A stretch of 64,000 nt of DNA from Aureliella sp. (lineage in GTDB: Bacteria > Planctomycetota > Planctomycetia > Pirellulales > Pirellulaceae), in contig OY829846.1 in NCBI GenBank assembly GCA_963691875.1, positions 1,600,001 through 1,664,000 on the forward strand. Direction: 5' to 3'. Positions 53,308 through 62,894 of the stretch are shown here, one piece after another. The translations under genes and the position numbers were made by a program. The notes under the pieces were generated by a model. It was not told the origin of the DNA and made no database searches. It was given only the letters and a program-made list of their open reading frames with translations. Each line of letters starts with the position of its first letter. The stretch's first letter is position 1.

Positions 53308-53381
53308 GGGGCGGTAGCTCAGTTGGTTAGAGCAGGGAACTCATAATTCCTTGGTCGCGGGTTCAAGTCCTGCCCGCCCTA
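53308..53381 (+). tRNA. tRNA with CAT anticodon (Ile2-lysidine or elongator Met; not initiator)
   Basis: GGGGCGG/CCGCCCT acceptor, AGCTCAGTTGGTTAGAGC D-arm, GGGAA-CTCATAA-TTCCT anticodon arm, GGTTCAAGTCC T-loop. Confidence 0.95.
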
Positions 53382-53390
53382 CTTCATTGC

Positions 53391-53420
53391 AAAGGCCCGG
53401 CAGATAGCTGGGCTTTTTTT
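53391..53420 (+). terminator. Rho-independent terminator after the tRNA
   Basis: AGGCCCGGC-AGATA-GCTGGGCTT followed by a T-tract. Confidence 0.85.
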
Positions 53421-53655
53421 CTGCGCGGAGCCGAAAAGTTTCTACTCAGTGGATAGCTCCAGAAGTCCCTCTTTATGTGTTGGGCTACTCGGAGGGCCTC
53501 AGGCAGGCACACTTCTAGCGAAGCAAACTACATTATTTGCAGCGAATCGGACGGGGGGGAATCCATGACCTTGGCGAAAAACGAACGTGACTCCACCCAT
53601 TTACATAGCTAGAATTCGTCGATGTCGGGCAAGCCAATTCACGAGGAGGCGGAAA

Positions 53656-54744
53656 ATGACGCAGGCACAACTCGGTGATCGTAGACTTCGGGCTGGATTT
53701 ACAGTGATCGAGCTCTGCGTGGTACTCCTTTGTATTGGCATGCTGGTGGCTCTGTTGCTTCCGATGACGAGGAATTCACGTGAAGCTGCTCGGCGAATGC
53801 AATGCCAGAATAACATCAAGCAGCTTGGGTTGGCTCTCCACAACTATGAATCTACTCATGGCTATTTCCCAGCAGCGATGGGCGGAACGGGAGCTGGTGA
53901 TACCGACTATGACGGGAATGCCAATCGGCTGAGCGGTTTTGTAGGGTTGCTACCGTTCATGGAGCAGACACCACTTTTTAGGAGGATTTCAAATCCGCTT
54001 ACTTCTGGCGCAACAACCTATCCGCCGATGGGCCCTGCTCCTTGGGTGCTCGAGTATGAGCCATGGAACAAGGCACTCCCCATGATGCTGTGCCCTTCAT
54101 ACGAAGGATTTGATAGACAAACATCACACCGTCAGTATGCGTTTTGCATCGGAGATGTTAGCGTTGAGTTGCACGCGTCAAAGAATCAGCGTGGTGCTTT
54201 CATGGCTGGGCGAAATACAACCTTGGCCAGCGTCGTAGACAAGTCAAATACGATCGCTGTGGCCGAAATCGGGCGGCATCTAAATATCGCCGTCAATCAG
54301 CCGTCTTCTATTTTGCGTTCGCCCAGCGAATGTTGGAACGCGTTTTCGGAACCCAACTCTGGATCTGACTTCCAGTCAAATGTAGAACGTTCTCAGTTTG
54401 CCCGAGGAAAGTTCTGGGCTGACGGAGCGGCGGGGCACGGGCTCTTCCAGACGGTTCTTCCACCGAATGCTCCTTCCTGCTCTGTTGGCGATGAGCATTC
54501 CGATGGACTTTTTTCTGCGGGCAGCTATCACTCAGCCGGAATCAATGTGGCGATGGTCGATGGTTCCGTGCAGTTTGTCAGCGAAAACATCGACACAGGT
54601 GATTTGTCTGCTGCCCCGCCAATTCTGACGTCTGAGGCCTCAACGCAGCCATTGAGTCCCTATGGCGTGTGGGGCGCCATGGGAGTAGCTCGAATGCATG
54701 CTACTGCGAAGTCGAAGCCCCGGGCAGCTCTACGTTCACTCTGA
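53656..54744 (+). CDS. DUF1559 prepilin-type protein
   Basis: [73 protein letters not shown]. Confidence 0.9.
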   Translation: MTQAQLGDRRLRAGFTVIELCVVLLCIGMLVALLLPMTRNSREAARRMQCQNNIKQLGLALHNYESTHGYFPAAMGGTGAGDTDYDGNANRLSGFVGLLPFMEQTPLFRRISNPLTSGATTYPPMGPAPWVLEYEPWNKALPMMLCPSYEGFDRQTSHRQYAFCIGDVSVELHASKNQRGAFMAGRNTTLASVVDKSNTIAVAEIGRHLNIAVNQPSSILRSPSECWNAFSEPNSGSDFQSNVERSQFARGKFWADGAAGHGLFQTVLPPNAPSCSVGDEHSDGLFSAGSYHSAGINVAMVDGSVQFVSENIDTGDLSAAPPILTSEASTQPLSPYGVWGAMGVARMHATAKSKPRAALRSL

Positions 54745-54931
54745 TGTCGCCGAGGTGAAGTCTGCAAGACTTTAGGCATTCAATCATTGCATGAAATGCC
54801 CAAACTATGCCGGCGTCTGCGGCTGGGCGTTGAACGAGTAAACGCGAGTAAAGTCTCACTCACTTGCGTGCTGGAGTGTCGTGCTTTTACTGTCAAATCT
54901 CAGTTGAAATTCGGTTTCTTCAGAGATTCTT

Positions 54932-54957
54932 GAATCCGCTTCTAAGTGTCTCGCGAA
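54932..54957 (+). promoter_or_regulatory. Candidate ECF (SigK-like) promoter
   Basis: GAATCC-N15-GCGAA about 55 nt upstream of the fasciclin gene. Confidence 0.4.
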
Positions 54958-55012
54958 TACCACAGCACAGTCATCGCTGACTGTGGTAAACGCAACACAA
55001 ACACTTGGGAGA

Positions 55013-56185
55013 ATGATGATGAAGTCTGGATGGATAGTCTCTATTTCGCGCTACTGCACAGCTGGCTTGCTCGTGGCGACATTGGCTTGTGCTACGCAAG
55101 CAGCGGACATCGTAGAAACTGCGGTCAAGGCAAAGAATTTTGGCACTTTGGTCGCAGCTCTGAAAGCGACTGGCTTGGACAAAACCCTTTCTGGCAAAGG
55201 CAAGTTTACGGTCTTTGCTCCGACTGATGAAGCCTTCGCGAAACTGCCTAAGGGTACGGTGCAGACACTACTGAAACCCGAGAACAAGGACCGACTGGCC
55301 GCGATTCTGACATATCACGTCGTCCCTGCACAAATTACTGCGTCTGCGGCGATCAAAGTTGACTCAGCGTCAACGGTTCTCGGACAACGTTTGAACGTTT
55401 CCAGTGAGCTTGGCCGCCTGTCGATCAACGACGCGAAAGTGGTTGCGACGGACATCCAGTGCGACAACGGGATCATTCATGTCATCGACTCCGTGCTGCT
55501 GCCTGAAGAAAAGACGATTCCAGAAGTCGCCAAAGCCGCAAAGAGCTTCCAGACACTCTTGGCTGCGGTGACCGAAGCGGGGCTAGCGGAAACACTTGGC
55601 GGAGAGGGGCCTTTTACAGTATTTGCTCCCACTGACGAAGCCTTTGCAAAGCTTCCGCAGGGCACCGTCGAGGACTTGTTGAAGCCTGAGAACCGCAAGC
55701 AACTGACCAAGATCTTGACGTATCACGTTGTTGCCGGCCGCGTGTTCTCTGACCAAGTTGTCGATGCCAAGGAAGCCAAGACATTGAGTGGACAGTCAGT
55801 GAATATTTCGCTTGCTGCAACAGGCATCAAGATCAATGACGCCGTCCTACGAGCGGCTGATATCCAAGCAGCCAATGGCGTTATTCACATCATCGATGCA
55901 GTTTTGTTGCCCGAATCGTTAAACGCAGAGGCCACTTCAGACTTGCTGATCAACTCGGTTCGTACCGGAGCATCTGCCTTTAACAGCGGCGACTACCACC
56001 GCTGCTTTGAAGTCTATCAAAATGCTTGCAAGCGAATTGTCTCCGAAGGCGAAGAGTTGCCAGAAGAGGTGCCGGTTGTTCTTGAGATCGCACTAAAGCG
56101 AGCCAAGGAAAAGAAGAGTGAGCAAGAGAAGGCCTGGGTTCTGCGACACGGAATCGACTTGGCTTTCTACGCTCTCGAACACTAA
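55013..56185 (+). CDS. Secreted tandem fasciclin (FAS1) domain protein with a C-terminal helical extension
   Basis: Two copies of [15 protein letters not shown]...ILTYHVV...NG.IH.ID.VLLPE. Confidence 0.93.
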   Translation: MMMKSGWIVSISRYCTAGLLVATLACATQAADIVETAVKAKNFGTLVAALKATGLDKTLSGKGKFTVFAPTDEAFAKLPKGTVQTLLKPENKDRLAAILTYHVVPAQITASAAIKVDSASTVLGQRLNVSSELGRLSINDAKVVATDIQCDNGIIHVIDSVLLPEEKTIPEVAKAAKSFQTLLAAVTEAGLAETLGGEGPFTVFAPTDEAFAKLPQGTVEDLLKPENRKQLTKILTYHVVAGRVFSDQVVDAKEAKTLSGQSVNISLAATGIKINDAVLRAADIQAANGVIHIIDAVLLPESLNAEATSDLLINSVRTGASAFNSGDYHRCFEVYQNACKRIVSEGEELPEEVPVVLEIALKRAKEKKSEQEKAWVLRHGIDLAFYALEH

Positions 56186-56218
56186 ACCTGCATGGAGCTT
56201 CGAAAAGGAAATCTTGAG

Positions 56219-57430
56219 ATGGGAAAAACACTTCTATACACGATTGTCGCACTCAGTTGCTCTGGTTCTACGAGCCTAGCTAGCAACAACACTGCGAAGA
56301 TGTCGACTGAACTCAGCAAGACGACTTCGTTATCCTCGAATTTGCAAACCACGCACGAACCATTGATTCAACTCGCCCTTCTGCTGGACACCAGCGGTTC
56401 CATGGAAGGCTTAATCGACCAAGCTCGCTGCCAACTATGGAACGTCGTCAGTGAGCTTGCAGAGGCAAGGCTTAACGGCGATCCGATCCGCTTGGAAATC
56501 GCGGTTTATCAATACGGCACCGACTCCATTGCCAAGTCGAAAGGCTGCTTACGTCAGATCACGGCCTTCACAGAAGATTTGGACGAAGTTTCGCGTGGCC
56601 TATTCTCGTTAAAAGTGGGCGGCGGCGACGAGTTCTGCGGACAAGTCATCGAGAGTGCTGTCGAAGGGCTTTCTTGGAGCGAGAATCCTGGCGTCTACAA
56701 AGCCGTCTTCATTGCTGGAAACGAGAGCTTTGACCAAGGGGACACCACCGTTGGTGGCTTGCTACCGCAGCTGAGGAGCAAGGCAGTTTTTCTGAACACG
56801 GTTTTCTGCGGCACTAAATATGGCGGCCAGAACCAATGGGCCTTGGCGGCAAAGATTGCGGACGGAAACGCAGCAATGATCGACCACAATCACCACTTGC
56901 CAGCTATGCCCACGCCCTTCGACGCGAAAATGCGTCAGCTAAACGACGAGATGAATGCAACTTTCGTCTGGTACGGCAAGGACCAGGGCAAGGCAAAGAA
57001 GAACCAGGCCAAGCAGGATGAGAACGCGGAGGAGATGTCGGATCACGCGTTTGCCGCTCGGATGTCGACCAAGATTGGTCACCTTTATCATCACGTGGAG
57101 TATGACTTGGTCGATGCCTTAATGCACAAGCACGTGGATCTTGCGAAAATGCCAGAAGAAAAAATGCCCACGGAGCTACAGGCGAAATCACCGAGCGATC
57201 GGATGGCGTTCATGGATGAGATGATCAGTCGGCGAAAGAGTGTTCGACGACGGATGGCAGATCTACTTTCGCAACGCCATCGATTCTTGGAAAACGAGTA
57301 CTTGAAGAAGAACTCTGCTGGAAAGACAGTTCTCGGAGATGCTTTGTCTAATGCAATCAAGCAGCAAGCGGGCACTTTGAACTACCAGTTCGAGGAAGGA
57401 GGCGAGAAAGTCGCACTGGGCACCAAATAG
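56219..57430 (+). CDS. Secreted von Willebrand factor A domain protein
   Basis: MIDAS motif LLDTSGSM; GGDEFCG, FIAGNE; signal peptide. Confidence 0.85.
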   Translation: MGKTLLYTIVALSCSGSTSLASNNTAKMSTELSKTTSLSSNLQTTHEPLIQLALLLDTSGSMEGLIDQARCQLWNVVSELAEARLNGDPIRLEIAVYQYGTDSIAKSKGCLRQITAFTEDLDEVSRGLFSLKVGGGDEFCGQVIESAVEGLSWSENPGVYKAVFIAGNESFDQGDTTVGGLLPQLRSKAVFLNTVFCGTKYGGQNQWALAAKIADGNAAMIDHNHHLPAMPTPFDAKMRQLNDEMNATFVWYGKDQGKAKKNQAKQDENAEEMSDHAFAARMSTKIGHLYHHVEYDLVDALMHKHVDLAKMPEEKMPTELQAKSPSDRMAFMDEMISRRKSVRRRMADLLSQRHRFLENEYLKKNSAGKTVLGDALSNAIKQQAGTLNYQFEEGGEKVALGTK

Positions 57431-57674
57431 AGCTTCACGTGAAGTAACACCAATTTCGACTGACATTTCCACTGTGCAACTGACAGCCGCATTTGCCAGA
57501 CGACATTCCTGGCAACTTGCTAGCTGCGAAACCTCGCAGCGAGTGCTAGCGATTGCACAACCATGTCCGCTGAATAGCACTCTCCCCAGCACTATATGCC
57601 GCCTCATTATTCGACACGATGACTGGCAACGGGGTCCTGGCTGATGTAGCTGCAAGAGAAGTTCAAAACATCAC

Positions 57675-57711
57675 AAGTCGACACCTGCCGCGAGCAGGTG
57701 TCGGCTTTTTT
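57675..57711 (+). terminator. Rho-independent terminator-like hairpin
   Basis: AAGTCGACACCTGC-CGCGA-GCAGGTGTCGGCTT followed by TTTT. Confidence 0.75.
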
Positions 57712-57965
57712 ATGTCTATTGCCAATCAAGGTAACTCGAAAGAAGGTTTGATCGATACAAAAACGTCATGTCTGTCGATGCTAGCGGAAACCGAGTTGAT
57801 CTTACGGCAGCGGAACGCGAGTAAGTAATCCGACGCCTACCAAGCCTGCTCGAAGGACTCGCCATGGTAACGGAAGTCCGTGAGGCCACAGCAGCATTCA
57901 ACTTGGAGGCAATTCTTTTCGATTAGAATGGGAGCATATCCCCGACCTCAATCCAAGGTAATTTG

Positions 57966-59372
57966 ATGCCCAGCCCCTTGCTTCTACCTCTTATTCTCGC
58001 TTTTCTCTGCAGTATGGCAGCGAGTGCTTCGGCGTCTGATCGGCCCAACGTGGTTCTGATTTACATCGACGATTTAGGTTATGGAGATGTCGGTGCTTAT
58101 GGCTGTACCGACATTCCCACGCCGAATATTGATCGCTTAGCAAAGGAAGGTGTGCGATGTACCGCTTCGTACATCACCAATCCGCCTTGCTGCCCGAGTC
58201 GTTGCGCATTGATGATGGGGCAATATGCTCAGCGTTTCGGCAAATATGGCATGTCGCGAGGATTGCCGATCCCTGAAGATCGTCCGACTCTGGCGAAGTA
58301 CATGACAGAGCAAGGATATGCGACGGGGCAGATCGGCAAGTGGGACATCGGCACCAAGCTGCAGACTCCTCTTCGGGTCGGATTCATGGAAGTTGCCAAA
58401 ACTCCACCTAAGAAGAAATACTCTAAAGTCGAGCTCGACAAAATGCCCCAGGCAATCGCAAAGTCTTTGAAGAGCAAAGGCGGGAAGTCGAAGTACTTCT
58501 GCAAGGACTCCGATGGCAAAACCGTGTGGCAGACCGACTACGATGGCGACATGATGGTCGATTTTATTGAGCGACACCGTGAAGAGCCTTTTTTCTTATA
58601 CTGGTCGCCTGAGGCTGTGCACTCATCGAACAAAGAAGTGCCAGAGCGTCTGACAAGTAGAACGACTGCTCCTCCCAAGCGCCGCAAGCTGGCGGGAGCC
58701 ATTGTGTCGGTCGACGATCAAATCGGAAAGCTGTTGGCGACTTTGGAAAAGTTTGATTTGCGCAAGAACACACTCATCATTTTCACCAGCGACAATGGCG
58801 CAAACGGAGGCGAAGGTGGTTCGTCAGATCCCTATCGTGGTGGCAAAGGTGCTGGCACACAGCAAGAGGGCTGGGTGCGCGTCCCAACAATTTTCTCTTG
58901 GCCTGGCAATGTACCACAGGCAAAACAATACGATGAGTTGATAGCGAACTTCGACTTCTACTCAACGATCACGGCTAACACAAGCGGAGTGGTTCCAAGC
59001 CACTGCGATGGAGTGGATCTCTTGCCTTTCTTTCGGGGCGAGCAAGAGGCCCCCCCGCATGAGTATCTTTTCTGGCTGAATAACCAACCAGACGATGCCG
59101 TGCGCCGCCATTTGATCGCCGTGCGATGGCAAGACTGGCGGCTGTATCGCAAGTACGAAAAAGATTCGTGGCAGCTGTTTGACTTGAAGTCCGATCCACG
59201 CGAGCTGAAAGACATTGCAACTGAAAACGCGGAGATAGTAAAGGAGCTTGCCAGTCGCCATGCGGAGTGGGCTAGTACGCTTGTTCCGTTGGTTGAGGTA
59301 CCTAGGACCGACGGCGAGGGTTCGGCTATTCCCACCGGACACGGTTGGGCCCGCGCGAAGGCAGGCCGTTGA
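57966..59372 (+). CDS. Sulfatase
   Basis: PNVVLIYIDDLGYGD, CCPSR, GKWD, TSDNG. Confidence 0.9.
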   Translation: MPSPLLLPLILAFLCSMAASASASDRPNVVLIYIDDLGYGDVGAYGCTDIPTPNIDRLAKEGVRCTASYITNPPCCPSRCALMMGQYAQRFGKYGMSRGLPIPEDRPTLAKYMTEQGYATGQIGKWDIGTKLQTPLRVGFMEVAKTPPKKKYSKVELDKMPQAIAKSLKSKGGKSKYFCKDSDGKTVWQTDYDGDMMVDFIERHREEPFFLYWSPEAVHSSNKEVPERLTSRTTAPPKRRKLAGAIVSVDDQIGKLLATLEKFDLRKNTLIIFTSDNGANGGEGGSSDPYRGGKGAGTQQEGWVRVPTIFSWPGNVPQAKQYDELIANFDFYSTITANTSGVVPSHCDGVDLLPFFRGEQEAPPHEYLFWLNNQPDDAVRRHLIAVRWQDWRLYRKYEKDSWQLFDLKSDPRELKDIATENAEIVKELASRHAEWASTLVPLVEVPRTDGEGSAIPTGHGWARAKAGR

Positions 59373-59495
59373 TCACCGCCGCGCTGGTTCGGCGCAGTTC
59401 GCTCGCAGACAATAAGCAAGATGCCAATGTCGCTCCTTCATCCTGATACAATGAGCGGGCATTTGCCCCGATCCTACTCCCGCCGAATCGAATCC

Positions 59496-60971
59496 ATGAT
59501 GCGCGACATATTTCGAATCCTCTGCGTAGCGTTACTCTTAGCCTTATTTATCCGTCCAGATTGTGGACTAGCTGCTGAACCAGCTCGGCCGAACATTCTG
59601 GTCATTCTCTGTGACGATCTCGGCTGGGGTGACTTAGAGAATTACGGTCATCCATCGATCAAGACGCCCAATCTCATGAAGATGGCCGCAGAGGGAATTC
59701 AATTCTCCGATTTCTACTCAGCTGCACCCGTATGCTCACCTTCGCGAGTTGGATTGCTGACAGGACGAATGCCTAATCGAGCCGGAGTTTACGACTGGAT
59801 TCCGGCGGCGAATCCAAACAATGTCAAGAATTCTCGAGCATTTGTGGAGATGCGCAAGGAGGAGTTCACCATTCCGCGGATGCTAAAACAGGCTGGTTAC
59901 GCGACTTGCATGAGCGGCAAATGGCATTGCAACGCGATGTTCAACTCCAAGGAGCAAGCCCAGCCTGGCGATCACGGCTTTGATCACTGGTTCGCCACAC
60001 AAAACAACGCTGCACCCTCTCACGAAAATCCAAGCAATTTTGTGCGCAATGGAGAAGAAGTTGGCAAGCTGGAAGGTTTTAGCTGCCAATTGGTGGCTGC
60101 CGAGTTTATTGGTTGGCTTCGAACGCACCAAGAGGAGAATCCCAAGCAACCATTCTTCGGATATGTCGCATATCACGAACCGCATGAACCGGTTGCCTCG
60201 CCATCTGATTTAGTACATAGGCACGAGCAGGGCGACGCACGAAACCGGGATGAAGCTCACTACTTCGCAAATGTTGAGAATCTCGACGCTGCGACCGGGA
60301 GACTGCTGAAGGCCTTGAAGGACTTGGGTTACACCGAAAACACCTTGGTGATCTTCACGTCGGACAACGGCCCTGAAACATTGAATCGATATCGCAGCGC
60401 TAACCGCAGCTACGGGACACCTGGACCGCTGCGAGGAATGAAACTTCACACTCATGAGGCCGGGTATCGTGTCGCGGGGATCATGCGTTGGCCAAAGGGT
60501 ATCAAGCCCGGGCAAAAGTCTGCTACACCTGTTTGCTCCCTAGATTTCTTGCCGACCTTCGCGCAAATGGCTGGCACAGAATTACCGGAAGACTTAATTT
60601 TGGACGGAGCGAACTTCTTGCCTGCACTCTCTGGCGGCGAAATACTGCGAGAGAAGCCTTTAATGTGGGTCTACTATCACTCGTACACGGGGAAGAAGTA
60701 CGTTCCTTCGCTTTCGATGCGGGATGGTAATCTAAAAGTCAGAGCTCTGCTTGAGGGTTTCCCCTCCAACGCGCAAGTGGATCAGAGCAACGTAGACAAA
60801 GTGCGAGCAGCGAAACTGATTGACTTCGAGTTGTACGATCTCAGCAAAGATCCCAGTGAAAAAATGGCTATCCCTCTCGAAGAAAGCAGTCTGCCAGAAC
60901 GGATGCGTGAGCATTACAGAGCTGCGTTAGAAACCTTCCATGTTTGGCCCGTGCACCAAGAGTCGAAGTAA
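59496..60971 (+). CDS. Sulfatase (arylsulfatase A-like)
   Basis: PNILVILCDDLGWGD, CSPSR, GKWH, HEPHEP, SDNGPE; start uncertain (ORF track starts at 59421). Confidence 0.9.
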   Translation: MMRDIFRILCVALLLALFIRPDCGLAAEPARPNILVILCDDLGWGDLENYGHPSIKTPNLMKMAAEGIQFSDFYSAAPVCSPSRVGLLTGRMPNRAGVYDWIPAANPNNVKNSRAFVEMRKEEFTIPRMLKQAGYATCMSGKWHCNAMFNSKEQAQPGDHGFDHWFATQNNAAPSHENPSNFVRNGEEVGKLEGFSCQLVAAEFIGWLRTHQEENPKQPFFGYVAYHEPHEPVASPSDLVHRHEQGDARNRDEAHYFANVENLDAATGRLLKALKDLGYTENTLVIFTSDNGPETLNRYRSANRSYGTPGPLRGMKLHTHEAGYRVAGIMRWPKGIKPGQKSATPVCSLDFLPTFAQMAGTELPEDLILDGANFLPALSGGEILREKPLMWVYYHSYTGKKYVPSLSMRDGNLKVRALLEGFPSNAQVDQSNVDKVRAAKLIDFELYDLSKDPSEKMAIPLEESSLPERMREHYRAALETFHVWPVHQESK

Positions 60972-60978
60972 CCGATTA

Positions 60979-62856
60979 ATGAAGATTTTCCTTTTCGCAT
61001 TACTGCTGTTGGTCGGCGGCATCGCGGCACAGGCATCCGATCGGCCCAATGTCCTTTTCATCATCGTCGATGATTTGAACGACATGCCTTTGCACCCGCA
61101 AGGCAAACCCTATGTACCGACACCGAATTTCGATCGCCTAGCCAAGCGAGGTGTGAGCTTCACCAACGCTCACTGCAACGATCCAATCTGTGCTCCTTCG
61201 CGTTCCAGTATGCTGACAGGACTCTATCCGCAGACGTCGAGTCTCTATTGGTTCGAAGACTACCGTCAAAATGCGATTCTGAGTCGAGCGGTTACTCTAA
61301 CTGAACACCTCGCCACAAACGGCTACGACGTATTTGGCGTCGGCAAGATCTACCACGGGAACCAAGATCCAAAGCGTTTCTATACCCAGAGGGGGCCGGG
61401 CGGAAATATTGGTCCTTGGCCCTGGGATGGCACGAAAACCAATAGACGAGGTTTTCTTCCGCATCCGCAGCAGTTGTATTTCTATGCCGACGATGCAGAT
61501 CCCGATATGGACTACAAATGGGAACACACATTCGGTCCGATCAGTCGCATTCCAAGTTATCCTGCAGATCCGGACGGGGACGTTCCCGGCTACACGGGGT
61601 GGCGATTGTCTGGAAAGCCGTGGCGTTATGCCTCGGAGGAAGACCGCGACTTTATGCCAGACGAAACAAATGCAGCTTGGACAGCCAAAGTGCTAGGGCA
61701 AAATCACGAACAGCCATTTGCCATGTTCACCGGATTCAGCCGCACACATACGCCACTCTATGCACCGCAAAAGTATTTCGACAAGTTTCCGCTTGATGAG
61801 ATCGAAATTCCCGAGTGTTACTTGAAAGGCGATTTAGAAGACTGTGCACCAAGTCTGGCCAACACTAGTCTTTATGCTTTTCGTCGCTACCGGATGCTCT
61901 TCAAGCATTCAGCTCAGCCAGAACTCTACAAGCAATGGCTTCAGGCTTACATGGCCTGCGTAGCGTTTGTTGACGATCAAGTCGGGACCGTCTTGGATGC
62001 CTTAGAAGCTAGTCCGCATGCCGACAATACGATAGTCATTTTGACGAGTGATCACGGCTTCCACGTTGGTGGAAAGAATGCGTTGTACAAACAAACTCTC
62101 TGGGACAGTGGAACTCGCATTCCGTTCATCGTAGCAGGACTCGATGGCGTGCCGGAGGGAGTGACTTGCGATCAGCCGATTTCCTTGATCGACGTTTACC
62201 CAACTTTCATCGACCTTTGTGGGTTGCCAGAAGCACCGCACCAAGGAAGATTGGGCTATCCGCTCGACGGTCACAGCCTCAAGCCTCTAATTGAGAACCC
62301 AAAGGCCAAATGGTCCGGACCCGAAGTAGCCATTACCGCACTGCCCGGCAAAGATCACAGTCAACACCGAGAGCACCTCGGGACCCTCTATCCGCACTTT
62401 TCGGTTCGGGCTAAAGATTGGAGATACAGTCTGACTTCAGATGGACAAGAGGAATTGTACCGCTATTCAACGGACCCGTACGAGTTCACCAATCTCGCCG
62501 GAAAGGCAGAGTTTGCGGACATAAAAAATTCGCTGCGAGAGCAACTCATTTTACTGCGAGATGGGAGTCGTTGGAGACAAATGGACTCGTTGCCAGGCCA
62601 ACGAATTGGCGGATTTGAGCTGCAAGGTGAATGGAAAGGTAAAGGCTCCCTCAGACAGGCCGATTCGCTATTGGTCAAATTGGACGAGCCTGATTGGACA
62701 CCAATCCGAGTCCGCTTGGCGGGGAAGCGGTGTCAAGTATGGCTAAACAACAGAGTGCACTCTAACACGTCCTCAGAAGTCGAGTACCCGCAAGGCAAAC
62801 TACAGTTGCGATCGGGCGAATTGCGCAACCTAAAGCTTCAAAGGCTGACGCCCTGA
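60979..62856 (+). CDS. Sulfatase (iduronate/choline-sulfatase-like) with a short C-terminal DUF1080-like extension
   Basis: PNVLFIIVDDLND, CAPSR, GKIYH, SDHGFH.G.K; C-terminal W..IRVRLAGKRCQVWLN...GKLQL...RNLKLQRL. Confidence 0.88.
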   Translation: MKIFLFALLLLVGGIAAQASDRPNVLFIIVDDLNDMPLHPQGKPYVPTPNFDRLAKRGVSFTNAHCNDPICAPSRSSMLTGLYPQTSSLYWFEDYRQNAILSRAVTLTEHLATNGYDVFGVGKIYHGNQDPKRFYTQRGPGGNIGPWPWDGTKTNRRGFLPHPQQLYFYADDADPDMDYKWEHTFGPISRIPSYPADPDGDVPGYTGWRLSGKPWRYASEEDRDFMPDETNAAWTAKVLGQNHEQPFAMFTGFSRTHTPLYAPQKYFDKFPLDEIEIPECYLKGDLEDCAPSLANTSLYAFRRYRMLFKHSAQPELYKQWLQAYMACVAFVDDQVGTVLDALEASPHADNTIVILTSDHGFHVGGKNALYKQTLWDSGTRIPFIVAGLDGVPEGVTCDQPISLIDVYPTFIDLCGLPEAPHQGRLGYPLDGHSLKPLIENPKAKWSGPEVAITALPGKDHSQHREHLGTLYPHFSVRAKDWRYSLTSDGQEELYRYSTDPYEFTNLAGKAEFADIKNSLREQLILLRDGSRWRQMDSLPGQRIGGFELQGEWKGKGSLRQADSLLVKLDEPDWTPIRVRLAGKRCQVWLNNRVHSNTSSEVEYPQGKLQLRSGELRNLKLQRLTP

Positions 62857-62894
62857 GCGAAGTAGACCGCTGTATCTGAAACTGGCAAAGCAAT

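Noticed and set aside
57615..57660. Fluoride-riboswitch-like words (GGCAACGGGGTCC...GCTGATG)
   Set aside because: Spacing and pairing partners are missing and the downstream gene is unrelated
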